Shown piece after piece: positions 31,983 through 43,162 of a stretch of DNA of 64,000 nucleotides; position 1 is the stretch's first letter; the number at the start of each line of letters is the position of its first letter. The DNA comes from Diplonema japonicum (taxonomy: Eukaryota > Protista > Euglenozoa: Diplonemea). A program made the position numbers and the translations under genes. The stretch covers positions 558,001-622,000 of the forward strand of contig OZ025671.1 in NCBI GenBank assembly GCA_964019335.1, read 5' to 3'. A model generated the notes under the pieces. The model was not told the DNA's origin. It searched no databases and worked only from the letters and a program-made list of their open reading frames with translations.

Positions 31983-32030
31983 AATATGAAGGAGGCCGGT
32001 GGTTGGCGGCGCCCTGCACAAGAACTGTCT
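31983..32030 (-). repeat. Family A 3'-terminal fragment (copy 3)
   Basis: AAGGAGGCCGGTGGTTGGCGGCGCCCTGCACAAGAACTGTCT matches ~398-438 of copy 1. Confidence 0.85.
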
Positions 32031-32149
32031 CTTGAAAGAAATGTTTTACCTTTTTTCTTGTGTGCGGGTTGTGTGTAGGAAAAAAAAAAGAAAAAAAAAA
32101 CCCTTTTTTTTTTGTGTAAATGGAACTTTCAAAAAAAAAAAAAAAAAAA

Positions 32150-33073
32150 TCACACGACAAGGGCGGAGATCACAGAAGGTATGGAGTCAGCGAGGCGGTT
32201 GATATATGCAGGGAATTCTAAATCGAGCAAGAGGAGGGACGCGAGGTGTCGAGAAAAGTGATTACAATTCCGGCGAAGGATGTGGTAAGACGAAGCAGGC
32301 CAGGAAGGGGGCAGGTCGAGAACCAAAGCCTGCACTTGGAGCGGCGACAAGGTAGTATCCCCTAAATGAAGAGTACTCGAGTGCCCGCAAGAAGATTTTG
32401 CCGGATGCGTCCACATGATCCCCATATCGCTCGAGAAACAGTATTCTTTGCCATAAACTGAAATCCCTGTGTGGTACGCTGAGACGCCAATCACTAGAAT
32501 ATCGTAGATATTGAGATACACTGGTGCTTCAATGCACAGCCCGAACCGGTGTGGGGGGACATAAGGCACGTCAAGCCCTTGTCCTTCCAGTATTGCGATT
32601 TCTTTCTCTTTTCGTTCGACTACCCCTTCTAAGTATTTTACCTTTTCTTTCAACCGAGCTACTTCGTGTTCCAGTGTTCTTGCCGCGTCGACTGCGTGGG
32701 ACTCTAAGGACAGGGCATTCACGGTGGCCTTGTACTTGAGGTATGTAGCTTGCATTTCGCTCCCCATGATTTCCATCTTTGTTGGGTATCTTCCCTTCAT
32801 GCTTTTGAAGTGCTCCCTGTATGTTGTTAACCTGTCTAAGAGGTGGCCTTTGAGCTTTTCGGTCATTGTTACTGTGGGTTGTGCTTCTTTCAGTTTTTCT
32901 TGCAGCTCGGCGATCATCTTTAGTTTTGTCTCGCACCCTTCGCACTCCCAACAGGTCTCAAAGCTCTCCTCGCTGCCTTCTCCTTCTTCATTGTCTCCAC
33001 TCCACACCACGGTACCTCCTTGGCAGTCGTCGCTTGTGGCTTCACTGCAAGTTTCCGTGTCGTGAGGGTTCAT
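32150..33073 (-). CDS. PPPDE/DeSI (peptidase C97) domain protein
   Basis: VYLNIYD, YHTGISVYGKEYCF and YHILRRNCNHF (catalytic His and Cys); coiled-coil N-terminal half. Confidence 0.85.
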   Translation of the reverse strand: MNPHDTETCSEATSDDCQGGTVVWSGDNEEGEGSEESFETCWECEGCETKLKMIAELQEKLKEAQPTVTMTEKLKGHLLDRLTTYREHFKSMKGRYPTKMEIMGSEMQATYLKYKATVNALSLESHAVDAARTLEHEVARLKEKVKYLEGVVERKEKEIAILEGQGLDVPYVPPHRFGLCIEAPVYLNIYDILVIGVSAYHTGISVYGKEYCFSSDMGIMWTHPAKSSCGHSSTLHLGDTTLSPLQVQALVLDLPPSWPASSYHILRRNCNHFSRHLASLLLLDLEFPAYINRLADSIPSVISALVV

Positions 33074-34094
33074 GTGTGCCCAGCCTACACTGATGGGGTT
33101 GATATGAAGGGGAGACAGAACAATTTTGAAGGGATAAAAAAAAAAAAAAAACGGAAAGAAAAAAAAAATAATAATAAGAAAGCGAGAACACTACAAAGAG
33201 GAGGGTGAGAGAAAAAAAAATAAAAGTAAAAAAAGGGAGGGGAAACAGGCACAGAACGGGAGGTGGGGGTGGAAGGAGAGAAAATAAAAAGGGGGGGGGG
33301 GGAGGGGGATGGAGGATGGGGGGATATAAAAAAAAGAAAATATGTGTGTGTGGTTGTGTTGTGTGAGGACAAAAATAAAAGGACAGGAAAGAAACAAGAA
33401 AAAAAATGATACCAGCCCCCAACCTCCCCCCTACTTCTTTTCATAAAGCGATCTCCCCCTCCCGGCATACACTTTGTCGCCCAGTTGCTTTGCTTTGTTA
33501 TCTGAATCAAACACATTTTTTTCTTTTTTTTTCTTTTCTTCCTTCTCCCTTATCAGACGAAAGGGGGCAGCTTCCTTGTCCCATTATGCCCGTAAGAGGG
33601 AAAAAAAAATACTTTTTTTTTGTTTTGTTTTATACAAGCTATGGGGAAGGGAGGGGAAGGGTGGGGGGGGGGAAATAAAAAATCTATCAAAAGTGAACGG
33701 AAAAGTAGAAAATGAAAAGATTTACCGCCCCCCCTCCCCCCTTCCATGCCTTTCCCCCTCCCTCTTTGCAATGCATCGATACAGTTTTCTTCATACTTTA
33801 AACTATCCCAGATGAGTTTTACTTCTGACGATAGCCGTTGTTCGTTGCTAATTAGAAAGTCATTACAAAATTATTTTAAAAAAAAAAGAAAGGGGGGAAG
33901 GGGTAAAGAGGCTCCCCCCCCCCCCGTTTTCTTGTTTCTTTCTTTTTTATTTTTCCTTCCTTCTTGAAGATCTTATAACCGTAAAAAAAAAAAAAAAAAG
34001 AAGAGCAAAAAACATCTACCGAGGTTCCCCCTCTGAAAAAATAAAATAATGAATACCTTTACACTGCCCCCCCCCCCCCCCCCCCAGGCATAGT

Positions 34095-34404
34095 AGTGAT
34101 GCAAAATGTTTTTCACGCGAATTCATTTTTCGCATTATAACTTTTTCGCATATTTTCACATCACATTGTACTGTGGCCTAAGTAGTTGCAAAAAAAAAAA
34201 GAAGAAAAAAATGAAAATAAAAATGCGAAAAACATTCGTTTCCACCAGTAGGCTAGAGGGGCCCCCAAAAAGGTGATGCAAAACCACTTTCCTGCAAAGA
34301 TTTTCCAAAAAAGAAAAGAAGAAAAACGAGATTCATTAAAGATTTTACCAGGCCCTACCTAGCATGGGAACCGAAATAGCTACTCGAAAGTTTTTTGCAT
34401 CACT
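34095..34404. mobile_element. MITE-like element with repeated sub-terminal motifs
   Basis: AGTGATGCAAAA (34095-34106)/TTTTGCATCACT (34393-34404); internal TTTTCGCA, TGCGAAAA and GATGCAAAA repeats. Confidence 0.5.
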
Positions 34405-34965
34405 TTTCTTAAGGCTAACTTTTACCCCCCCCCCCCCGTAAGCTGGTGAGGGGGAACACACAGTTGCGATTTGATGTGGTAAACGCAAAAAGAAGTAAAG
34501 AGAAACGGCCGGCGGACCGCCCCTGCCCCCCTATCAAAGGAAACACATCAAGCAATTGCTGGCGTGACCTTAGTGGCAAGAAGAGGAAAAAAAGAGGGCT
34601 TATAAAAAAGAGGGGGGGGAAAGAGAGAATAAAAGAAAACAGAGAAAAAAAAAATGGCCGCTGCTTTTTTTTCACCCCCCCCTTTCTTCCTCAGCATTAT
34701 ATAAGAAAGAAGATGGAGGTGCCAGGAGATCACCTAGCATCGTAATTATTTCTTGTTTTTCTGTCCCCATTTTCTTTTTCTTTTTTCCTCGTTTTTTTTT
34801 TTTCTTTTTCTGATCCCAATGCCCCCCTTTTCCCAACTTTTTTTTTTTTTTTGCACCCCAACACCCCCACCCCCAGAATTTAAAAAAAAGTTTTTTTCTC
34901 TCAAGTAGAAAGGCAAGACAAGGAGTAGAGGGAAAATCTGCAGGACACGTAACTCACTTCTAACA

Positions 34966-34992
<27 letters not shown>

Positions 34993-34998
<6 letters not shown>

Positions 34999-37290
34999 GT
35001 CGTCGTTGCTGCTCTCTGGTTCCTGATCGGGCTTTGGCTCTTCGCCTCCATCGGCAGGCACCTCTACGTTGTCCTGGGGAATGGGTTCTACAGGCTCCTC
35101 GGCGGTTTCGTCAAGGACTTCCTCCGCCTCGATTCCGTGATTGTCATCAGGCTCCTGCAGCATTTCCACATCTTCAATGGGCGCTTCTTCAGCAGGAGGG
35201 GCATCGCGTTCATCCTCTTCGCCTTGCACCTCGTTGTCCCCTTGAGAGTGCATCACAACATCGCCTTCTTCTGCGGCAGCTGGCTGTTGTTGTTCTAGCT
35301 CTTGTTCTTGTTCCTGAGCTTGTGCCTGTGCAGTCTGTGCCTGAGCTACTTGCTCCGCGTCGTCGCTCCGAAGCATCTCGTTCTCCTCCCTTGCACGGTC
35401 CAGCATCCTCGGCCTGGGGTTCCCTGCGAAAAATGCAACATCAGTGTCGCTATCCCCCCTCAGCAGCTGCACGATACCCAGCAGCTTTTCGTTCCCCGCC
35501 AGCTTCTCATCAGACACGATGCCTTCCGTGAGACACTTGGCTGCGATAAGCCTTACATTGGCCACGGTATCCCTTGCCAGTTCCCCGTACGCCGCGATGA
35601 AGTGCTTCTCGAAGACGTCCGTGCACCCTGTCGCGACCACCTCCTTCGCCAGGTATGCGAACATCTGCCTTTTCTGAAAGGACTGTGCCTTGGCGCAGCC
35701 CACGATGTTCTCCAGCAATGTCTCGTACTCGTCGTATGAGCCATCGCACAACCTCTTCAGCACCTTTGCCACCGAGTTGTAGATGGCCTGCCTCACATCG
35801 GACACACTGTCGTCCATCATCCTGGTGCACATGGGGACGAGCTGCTCCTTGCAGAACTCAGGTGACGCAAGTGGCGCAAGGTTGCCTAGTATGCTGCCGA
35901 TAAGCATCCGCAGCCTCCACGAGTCGGTGGTGTCGGTGATGTTGCAGATTTCAGGGATGTACTGCTCCCGCTTCTCCTGCCCCATCACGCCAAGGAACTC
36001 TTCCACGTTCCGCAGGCACCCCACACGCACCTCGTCCAGGTCCTTCAGGAACAGCTCAAAGGCTTCGCTCAAGACGTTCTCCGTTATGTCTTTTCCTACG
36101 ATTTTCGCGATCTCGTGCAAGCTGTACGACAGCGTCTTCCTCACCTTCCACTGCACACCTTTGATCAGCTTCTTGAATGCGGGCTCCAGCTCGCTCCACC
36201 TCTCCTTTCCTATCGTCGCCGCAACAGCAGGGAAGTTAAAGGCGCAGAACTCCGGGTAGTCCGCCTCTGCTCCATTCTCTGTGTCGGAAGCCATGTTCGT
36301 AAACAGTTTAACTAAGGAGGGCGGGCAGGGCTCCGGGTCTGAGTTAAAGGTAAATAAGTAGGGCCCGAGGTTCATGGATGCAGCAACGCGCACCCAACGA
36401 GAGATATCCTCGAGAAAGCTCTTGAAGATGTCGGCGAGCTTGTTATGCCGCACTTCGGGTGTGAGGGCCTCGCTGATGTCTGCGATGGACTCCGCGCACG
36501 CCTTGCGGACGCCCCATATCATGTCCTTCGACAGCGACTCGTAGAGAGGGAAGATCTTGGCTACAGCCTCATCGGGACCGATAGTCTTGCAGAGCTTGCC
36601 AAGGTGGGCCGCTACGGTCTTGCGCACGGAGAAGCCTTGGTCATCGGCCAGCTGCTGGACTTCAGGAACGATCTTGGCGAGACACAGGTCTTTGCCCAGC
36701 AGGGGTGCCAGCTCGTTGCAGAGTTCGGCAGCTACGACTCTGTAGTCTTCAAGGCGCTCGTCGTGTGCCAGCTGCTGGATGACGGAGAGCACGTGGGCCT
36801 CGAACTGCTCAGGACGCACCAAAGTGCACACCTTGAATAGAGCCTCCACTGCGGCACTACCCACATCACTGTTCCTGTCACTCAGCAGCTCGATGCTGAA
36901 GGGAAGGAAGGAGTTCAAGACCTCTTGGTAGCCCTCTTCGCTCTTCCCACTGTCACATACGAATTCAGCTAGAGGATACATCTGCTCTGCCAGTGTTTGC
37001 CTGACAGCTGACTCCGTGTCGTTGACGAAAGCGGGCAGCAGGGGCAGCAGTCTTTTAAGTGTCTGCTCGCGGCCAGCCTCGAGAGCTGTATCCGTGATAT
37101 CCCTCACCAAGACCATCCTCTGCAAGGAAAAGTCCGAACCGTGGTACCTCTCAAGCCTTGTGAGCGAGTCGAGCGTGTCGTCGATGCTATACTCGTTGAA
37201 CAGGAACTCATCGTCGTCTGCCTCGTAGGATTCCTCCTCATCATGATGTGACCCCAGCATTTTGATAGATCCTGTAGGCTGTTGAGACAT
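34993..37290 (-). CDS. PPP4R1: Ser/Thr phosphatase 4 regulatory subunit 1 (HEAT repeats)
   Basis: WGVRKACAE, SRWVR, CAFNFPAV, QWKVRKTLSYSLHEIA; acidic tail. Start placed at the ATG after GTGCAG|GTG (uncertain). Confidence 0.82.
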
Positions 37291-37515
37291 CACCTGCACT
37301 GATACAATACAAAAGGGTAGGGAAGGAAGTACGCACGCAGGCTCACGGAGCCGACTCCTCCGAAGTCGACATGGGGCTCGGACACTTATCACGAACACCC
37401 CTTTCACGACGTTCAGGGAGCATGTGTGCTGCGGGCACAGCACACAAGAATTAGTCACTAAAAACAGAAAGTCTCAAGTTCTCTGTGTAAGAAGTGAGAT
37501 AGTACAGCAAAGCTT

Positions 37516-39672
37516 TTAGAGCTTTGCACCGGCCGATTGGCATGTTTGCTCCCAACAGCGAACCCCATCCACGTATGTGGCCAACGGGTCCAACGTGGTG
37601 GGGTCGAGGAGGACAAAATCAGCATCAGCGCCAAAACCAAGATGTCCCTTCCTGTGAGTGTGTGCGTGTGTGTATTGTGTTTTCACATACGTTCTGTGAA
37701 CAGCCAGGGCCTTCGCAGGGTTCCATGTCGCAGTGACGAGTGCATCTGCCGTTGAGCACCCAGTAAACTTGATGAGGTTCCTCACACAATCGATCAGCGT
37801 GGGGACGGCCCCTGCCAGCGTGTCCGTTCCTGTTAGCGTGGCCTTGTTGGCCGTACCACCACCGTAAGCTGCAGGCAGCTGTGTGGCAACAACATCTACC
37901 TCTTTTCCTGCAAGCTTGTACTTTCCTGGTGGCATGCCCATAGCCTCCATGGCGTCGGTCACAAGCACACACCCCTCAGGATGCGCGCGGTACGCGATCC
38001 TGACCGAAGCAGGGTGCGTGTGCAGCCCATCGACGATGATCCCGTAGTACGGCTTCTCCTTCAGGTTCGACCCAAGCACGCCGACAAGTCCTGGGTCACG
38101 GTGCTTGAACGACCTCATCGCATTGAAGAGGTGTGTCACCAGGTTGCTGCCTGCCGTGACACCCGCCTCTGCTTCTGAGAGCGTGGCATTGCTGTGCCCG
38201 AGAGACACCTTGATGCCACGTGCCGTGAGGTCTTTGATGGCGGCCAGCGAGCCTTCGAGCTCGGGTGCCAATGTAACTAGGGCCACTGCGTCCATGCGCC
38301 CATACATGTTTACGACATCTTTGAAGCCGTTGTTGGGCGACCTTACTAGGTTCTTGTCGTGCGCACCGTACTTGAGCTCCGACAGGAAGGGGCCTTCCAG
38401 GTGTGCACCTAACATGTTCGCTCCGCTCGCGAGGCCGCCCTTCTGCGGCAGCAACAACGGGAGAGTCTTCCTGTACACCTCCGGTGCAGAGGTGATGACG
38501 GTAGGGCAGTACGAAGTGCAGCCGTGGGAAAGGATGCCCTTCGATACCGTCACGACGCTCTCCGCCGTGAGGGCGGGGTCTGTGAAGTCGATCCCGAAGG
38601 CACCATTCAACTGGATGTCGATGAAGCCCGGCGAGCAGACTGCACCCTTCCCGTCGACGATGGTCTCTGCCGCATATTCGCTAACCTCTCTTGCCTCCCA
38701 GAAGCGTTGGGCAGGGTTGATAACACGCCCGTTGCGCACCCACAGGTCGTCGCTGACAAGGTCCTTGCCACGCAGCAACTTGATATTTATGACTTTAAGA
38801 ACACCGGAGCCAGGGGAGCAGGGTGGGGTGAGGACGAGACGGGGGAGGGTCGTGGTGTCGAGGTCGTCGTTGTGGAGGGAGTTCCCCTCAAGGGAGCGGT
38901 AGTAGCTGTAGGCGGACTTGGACATCTCCTGGCACGCAGCCTCATCGGCGATGACAGTGCTGTTCTTGTGGTACTGGAAGGCCGTGAAACCAGAGCGGTG
39001 CGAAACGGTGCGATAAGTGAGGGCACTGAGGGCGTCGCATGCTTCGGGGGATGTGGCAATAGTAAGAAGCTCCCTGGTGTTGAGAATAGTGGCGATGCCT
39101 ATCGTGAGACCACGCACAGGGACATGCTCTGGACCACCGAAGGAAGGGGCGTAGAGAATACGGGTGCTGTTCGAAAGCGTCTTTGTGCGTGTCGTTCCCA
39201 CGAGGGAGGAACCTGGCTCGTTGAATCCAAGGTGGCCTGCTGTGTCAGGTGAGACCAGAGCTAGATCGATACCACCCACAGATGCCATAGATTCTTCAAA
39301 AGACGCACACTCCGCTGCTAGGTCCGCTGTGTTCCCATTCAAGGTGTGCACATTCTGAGGCTTGATGTCAATGTGTTTGAAGATCCCTTCCCACGAGACT
39401 GCATGTATAGAGGATGGGTGGGCTTCGTCCAAGTCGCAGAATTCGTGCGTTAGGTAAATAGCTACGTTTTCGAAGCTGACTAATCGTTGCTTGTGGTACT
39501 CAACCAGCACCTTGCACACCTGCATCACCCGGGCCGTGCCGCCAAGCATCAGCACGAAATCCTTTTTCGTCTTTTCTTCATTCTTCTCGAAGTCCAAGAT
39601 CCTTTTCAAGATTATCTTCGCTGTAAACTCGTCCGCTGACTCACAATCTTCTTTGATAAAAACACGTGGCAT
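37516..39672 (-). CDS. Fusion of a GlcN6P deaminase-like (NagB/GNPDA) domain and GlcNAc6P deacetylase (NagA/AMDHD2)
   Basis: N-half: GHLGFNEPGSSL..TRTKTL, LTIGIATIL. C-half: PGFIDIQLNG, HLEGPF, GAH, GHSNA, THLFNAM, DGLH, VTDAM. One continuous frame; 39-nt intron 37690-37652 restores TKGHLGFGADAD. Confidence 0.9.
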   Translation of the reverse strand: MPRVFIKEDCESADEFTAKIILKRILDFEKNEEKTKKDFVLMLGGTARVMQVCKVLVEYHKQRLVSFENVAIYLTHEFCDLDEAHPSSIHAVSWEGIFKHIDIKPQNVHTLNGNTADLAAECASFEESMASVGGIDLALVSPDTAGHLGFNEPGSSLVGTTRTKTLSNSTRILYAPSFGGPEHVPVRGLTIGIATILNTRELLTIATSPEACDALSALTYRTVSHRSGFTAFQYHKNSTVIADEAACQEMSKSAYSYYRSLEGNSLHNDDLDTTTLPRLVLTPPCSPGSGVLKVINIKLLRGKDLVSDDLWVRNGRVINPAQRFWEAREVSEYAAETIVDGKGAVCSPGFIDIQLNGAFGIDFTDPALTAESVVTVSKGILSHGCTSYCPTVITSAPEVYRKTLPLLLPQKGGLASGANMLGAHLEGPFLSELKYGAHDKNLVRSPNNGFKDVVNMYGRMDAVALVTLAPELEGSLAAIKDLTARGIKVSLGHSNATLSEAEAGVTAGSNLVTHLFNAMRSFKHRDPGLVGVLGSNLKEKPYYGIIVDGLHTHPASVRIAYRAHPEGCVLVTDAMEAMGMPPGKYKLAGKEVDVVATQLPAAYGGGTANKATLTGTDTLAGAVPTLIDCVRNLIKFTGCSTADALVTATWNPAKALAVHRTYVKTQYTHAHTHRKGHLGFGADADFVLLDPTTLDPLATYVDGVRCWEQTCQSAGAKL

Positions 39673-40269
39673 TTTTTTCCCCCCCCCTTCCTTTTTTTTC
39701 CCCCTTTACTTTCGTTCTCTCCCTTTGTTCACCCCTCTTTTTTTTCTCTTTGCTTTTGTAAAAAGAAAGAAGAAAGAAAAGAAAAATGGTCTCGGAAAAA
39801 TGGATGAAGAAAAAAAAATGGGGCATTGGTGGGTGGAATAGAGTAAAAAAAAAAAAGAAGAAGAAGAAGGGGAGGGGCGAAGAAGATGGAATAAAATATA
39901 AGAAAAGAGGGGGGGTGAGCCAAACCAACACCAGAAAAGGGGAGGAGGGGTGGAGTAGTTGGATGAGGTCCATCAGTCTTCTCTATTTTCTTCAATTTAT
40001 GCAAAAAAAGAAGAAAAAAGCGAAGAAGAGGGAGGTGTTGAAGATAACAGTGGTAAGTGCTGAAAAAAAAGGGGGGGGGGAGGGTGAAAATGCGTGTACA
40101 AGTAAAAGAGAAAGAAAAAACAACTGAATGAAATGGCACAAATGGGCAGTCTTTTAGCTATCCCCCCCCCCCCCCCCCGTCCTCCTTCCCCTCATCCTTC
40201 CTTCCTTAATTCCCAGTAGGGCTCTAGAAGTAGACTTGTGGGGGCTTATAACACATGAAGGGTACCTTC

Positions 40270-40317
<48 letters not shown>

Positions 40318-41223
40318 TTTCTATTCTTTTTTTTTTTAATTGTGTGTTGGGTAGGGTTAATGCACACTTTGCATTATATAAGAAAGGGTATACAGAAAAG
40401 AAGGAAAAAAAACCCACGGAAGAAAAAAAAAAATTCCTCCCTTCTCTCAAATATAGTTTGTCGAGCGGCTAGGGGGGGGCCGAGGAGAGAGAGGAAAAGG
40501 GGGGAAAGAGTAAGAAGATTCTAAGATGGGCTAGAAAGAAACCGTATTTATATGTGTTTTGCGATGAAAGAGAAAAGTTAAAAAAACAAAGGAGGGGGGG
40601 AGGTGGAAAAAAAAAGTAATAAATTAAGCCCTTTTCCTTCCCCTTGGCATGGTTGCTCTGACATGGCAATTAGGATATTTTCCACAGTGGGCAGTGCTAG
40701 GTGACAACCCACCAAAATATAAACTTAACTGCCTCTTTTTTTTTTTTTTTTTTTTTCTTCCCACCTTTTTCTTTCTTTCTTTCCTTTTTCTTCTTCCTTT
40801 TTTTTTTCTCCTCCATTTTCGTCACCTTCCCCCCGAACGAAAAAAAAAAAGAAAAAAAAATTACTATGTGGGAACGATGTGGTTAGCAACGGCCCAAAAA
40901 GAAAAAAAGAAAAGAAAACAATAAGTAGAATTGCTTCAGAGTCAGAGAAAAAAAAGTATGAGTGGGCTAGTTCCGACCATCTCGTGCTCCGGTGCACTGA
41001 GTGTCTCTATCTTTTTTTTCTTCTTTTTTCTTTTTCCTTTAAACATCATTTTCCCCTAAATCTCAAATATACTATTCTCTCTCTCTCTTTTTTTTTTCCT
41101 GTAAAAATAAACTAGAAAAAAGAACAAATAAAAAAATCCCTCCCTCTATGTCATGGAATCAATATTATACCAAAACAAAAAAAAAAAAAAAAAAAAAGAA
41201 AGAAAGAAAGAATGAAAGAAAAA

Positions 41224-41311
41224 AATATATGAGATAAAAGGAAGCCAGTGTTGGTGGCGCCCTGCACAAGCACTGTCTACTAAACAGGGGGCGCACCTCG
41301 GCCAAACTGCA
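41224..41311 (-). repeat. Family A 3'-terminal fragment (copy 4, diverged)
   Basis: AATATATGAGATAAAAGGAAGCCAGTGTTGGTGGCGCCCTGCACAAGCACTGTCTAC...GGCC aligns to ~385-474 of copy 1. Confidence 0.8.
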
Positions 41312-41530
41312 AAGAGAAAAAAAAAAAGAAACGCCCTAGTAGATTCCTTTTCCCTAAGCATCAAGGGTGGCCTAATTTTCCTCTTTTTTTCCCCCTTCTT
41401 TTTTTCTTGTTTTTTTCTTCTTCTTTTTTTTCGTCTCTCTCTCACACCCCTCCTGTATGTACAAGTGTGCACGGAAGATGTAAAAAGTCTTTTTTTTTTT
41501 TTTCCCTTTTTTTTTTAACACACTGGAAAG

Positions 41531-41561
<31 letters not shown>

Positions 41562-41593
41562 AACAACAAAAAAAAAAAAAAAAAAAAAAAACC

Positions 41594-43003
41594 TCACCCC
41601 TTGGAAGTACTGACAGTGCTAATACAGGACTGGAACATCACAGATGCGGGTCTTGGGAAAGTGGAGGTGGTAGACTGCATAAGTTGCGGTGTAGGAGTCC
41701 GTTTGGCCTGCAGCTGTTGTTGTTGTTGTTGTGAGAGGCCTTGGGGAGGGGGTGGGGAGGGTGACTGGTTGGGGCCTGGGAACGAAGCAGCCGACGCTGC
41801 TGAAGTGGGTGTCGTGATAGAAGGGTTCCTCGGGAACTTGAAAGGAGACGATGGGGGCGATTCATGATGCGCAAAAAGCTCAAATCGTGGCGACAAAGGT
41901 GGCTCAGTAAGACGGCTTTGGTCTATATCACCCAAACCCTCGGGTTTTGTTACTATCCACAGCGACCCACACTCTTCAACAATGGGCTCATGCCTCCGCT
42001 CGCTCACCACATCGATCTCAATGCTGAAATCCTTTCCCACTTCCCGGCACACATCGCCCTCCTGCCATGTCAGCGGCATCACTACACCATTCTCCACCCC
42101 GCCGAACAAGTACGCAGTGTGCAGCTGCACGCTGAACAATATTTCGGTTCTTCGGTACTCATTCACACACCATAGGACTGCTCTGAAATCTTCTTCGATG
42201 AAGGTGTTGACAAGCACTTCTATGTCAACCCTCTGCAGCCCTGAGAGATCCTTTGCAGGCATGATCCCCTCCGACCCCGGTGTGTACATCACCGTGGCAA
42301 TGGTCTTTGCTTTGCTCGAGTTCGGATCCCCGTCTTTAAAAACAGCCCTCACATGTTCTATCTCAAGAGAGAGCTTCCTCTTCATGGCCACCGCCACGGG
42401 GACGTTCCTCAAGGTGATGAGCCTGACGAAGGCAGGGAGCACCACAGGGGGCGTGAAGATCTTGTCTTGCATTTTAGAGTTGAAGTACTCTATGTACCTG
42501 AGGTGTGAGGGGAGGAACGATAGGTTCTTGATCCTTCTCTTCGATTTGTAGTACTCGATGGCCTTTGTCACGTCACTGAACAGGTTCGTGAAGAGGGTGT
42601 AGCAAATGATGTAAGTGGCCGTCTTTGAGTGCTCTGATGAGGGGTCCAAGAAGCAAACTTTCGCTCTTTTTGGATGTGTTCGGATATGTTCGTCAATCGC
42701 GCGGACGACGGTCCATACCAATTGCAAGGACACTGGTCCTACATAGGACGAGATAGGCCCATCGTGGATGGTGAGGAGGTCGTCGTAGCCACCACAGGTG
42801 TCTATCATAAGGCACTCGCTTCCACCTTCTTTTTTTATCCTGGAGGCGACCCACGCAGCCCCCCTCCCGAGCAATGCCCCGTCACCAGGGGGTCGGGCCA
42901 CCATTATGCTTTTAGTCAGAACGGTCACTGCACTGTCGTCATTTCCGTGGACGACCTCTGACACGGCGCTCATGGCATCCTTTAGGAAGTCACCGAAAAC
43001 CAT
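41594..43003 (-). CDS. PTEN/tensin-like phosphatase-C2 protein (probable pseudophosphatase)
   Basis: AIEYYKSKR, LPSHLRYIEYF and C2-type LFSVQLHTAYL; no HCxxGxxR; Pro/Gln-rich tail. Confidence 0.7.
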   Translation of the reverse strand: MVFGDFLKDAMSAVSEVVHGNDDSAVTVLTKSIMVARPPGDGALLGRGAAWVASRIKKEGGSECLMIDTCGGYDDLLTIHDGPISSYVGPVSLQLVWTVVRAIDEHIRTHPKRAKVCFLDPSSEHSKTATYIICYTLFTNLFSDVTKAIEYYKSKRRIKNLSFLPSHLRYIEYFNSKMQDKIFTPPVVLPAFVRLITLRNVPVAVAMKRKLSLEIEHVRAVFKDGDPNSSKAKTIATVMYTPGSEGIMPAKDLSGLQRVDIEVLVNTFIEEDFRAVLWCVNEYRRTEILFSVQLHTAYLFGGVENGVVMPLTWQEGDVCREVGKDFSIEIDVVSERRHEPIVEECGSLWIVTKPEGLGDIDQSRLTEPPLSPRFELFAHHESPPSSPFKFPRNPSITTPTSAASAASFPGPNQSPSPPPPQGLSQQQQQQLQAKRTPTPQLMQSTTSTFPRPASVMFQSCISTVSTSKG

Positions 43004-43130
43004 CTCCTTTTTTTTTTTTTTTTTTTTTTTCCCTCCCGCCCTCCCCCCTCCCCGCGCCTTTTTCTTTTCCTGTGTTTTTAGAAGGGTGATGGGGAGGGGG
43101 GAGAAAAGAAAGAGGGAGAGAGAGAGAGAG

Positions 43131-43162
<32 letters not shown>

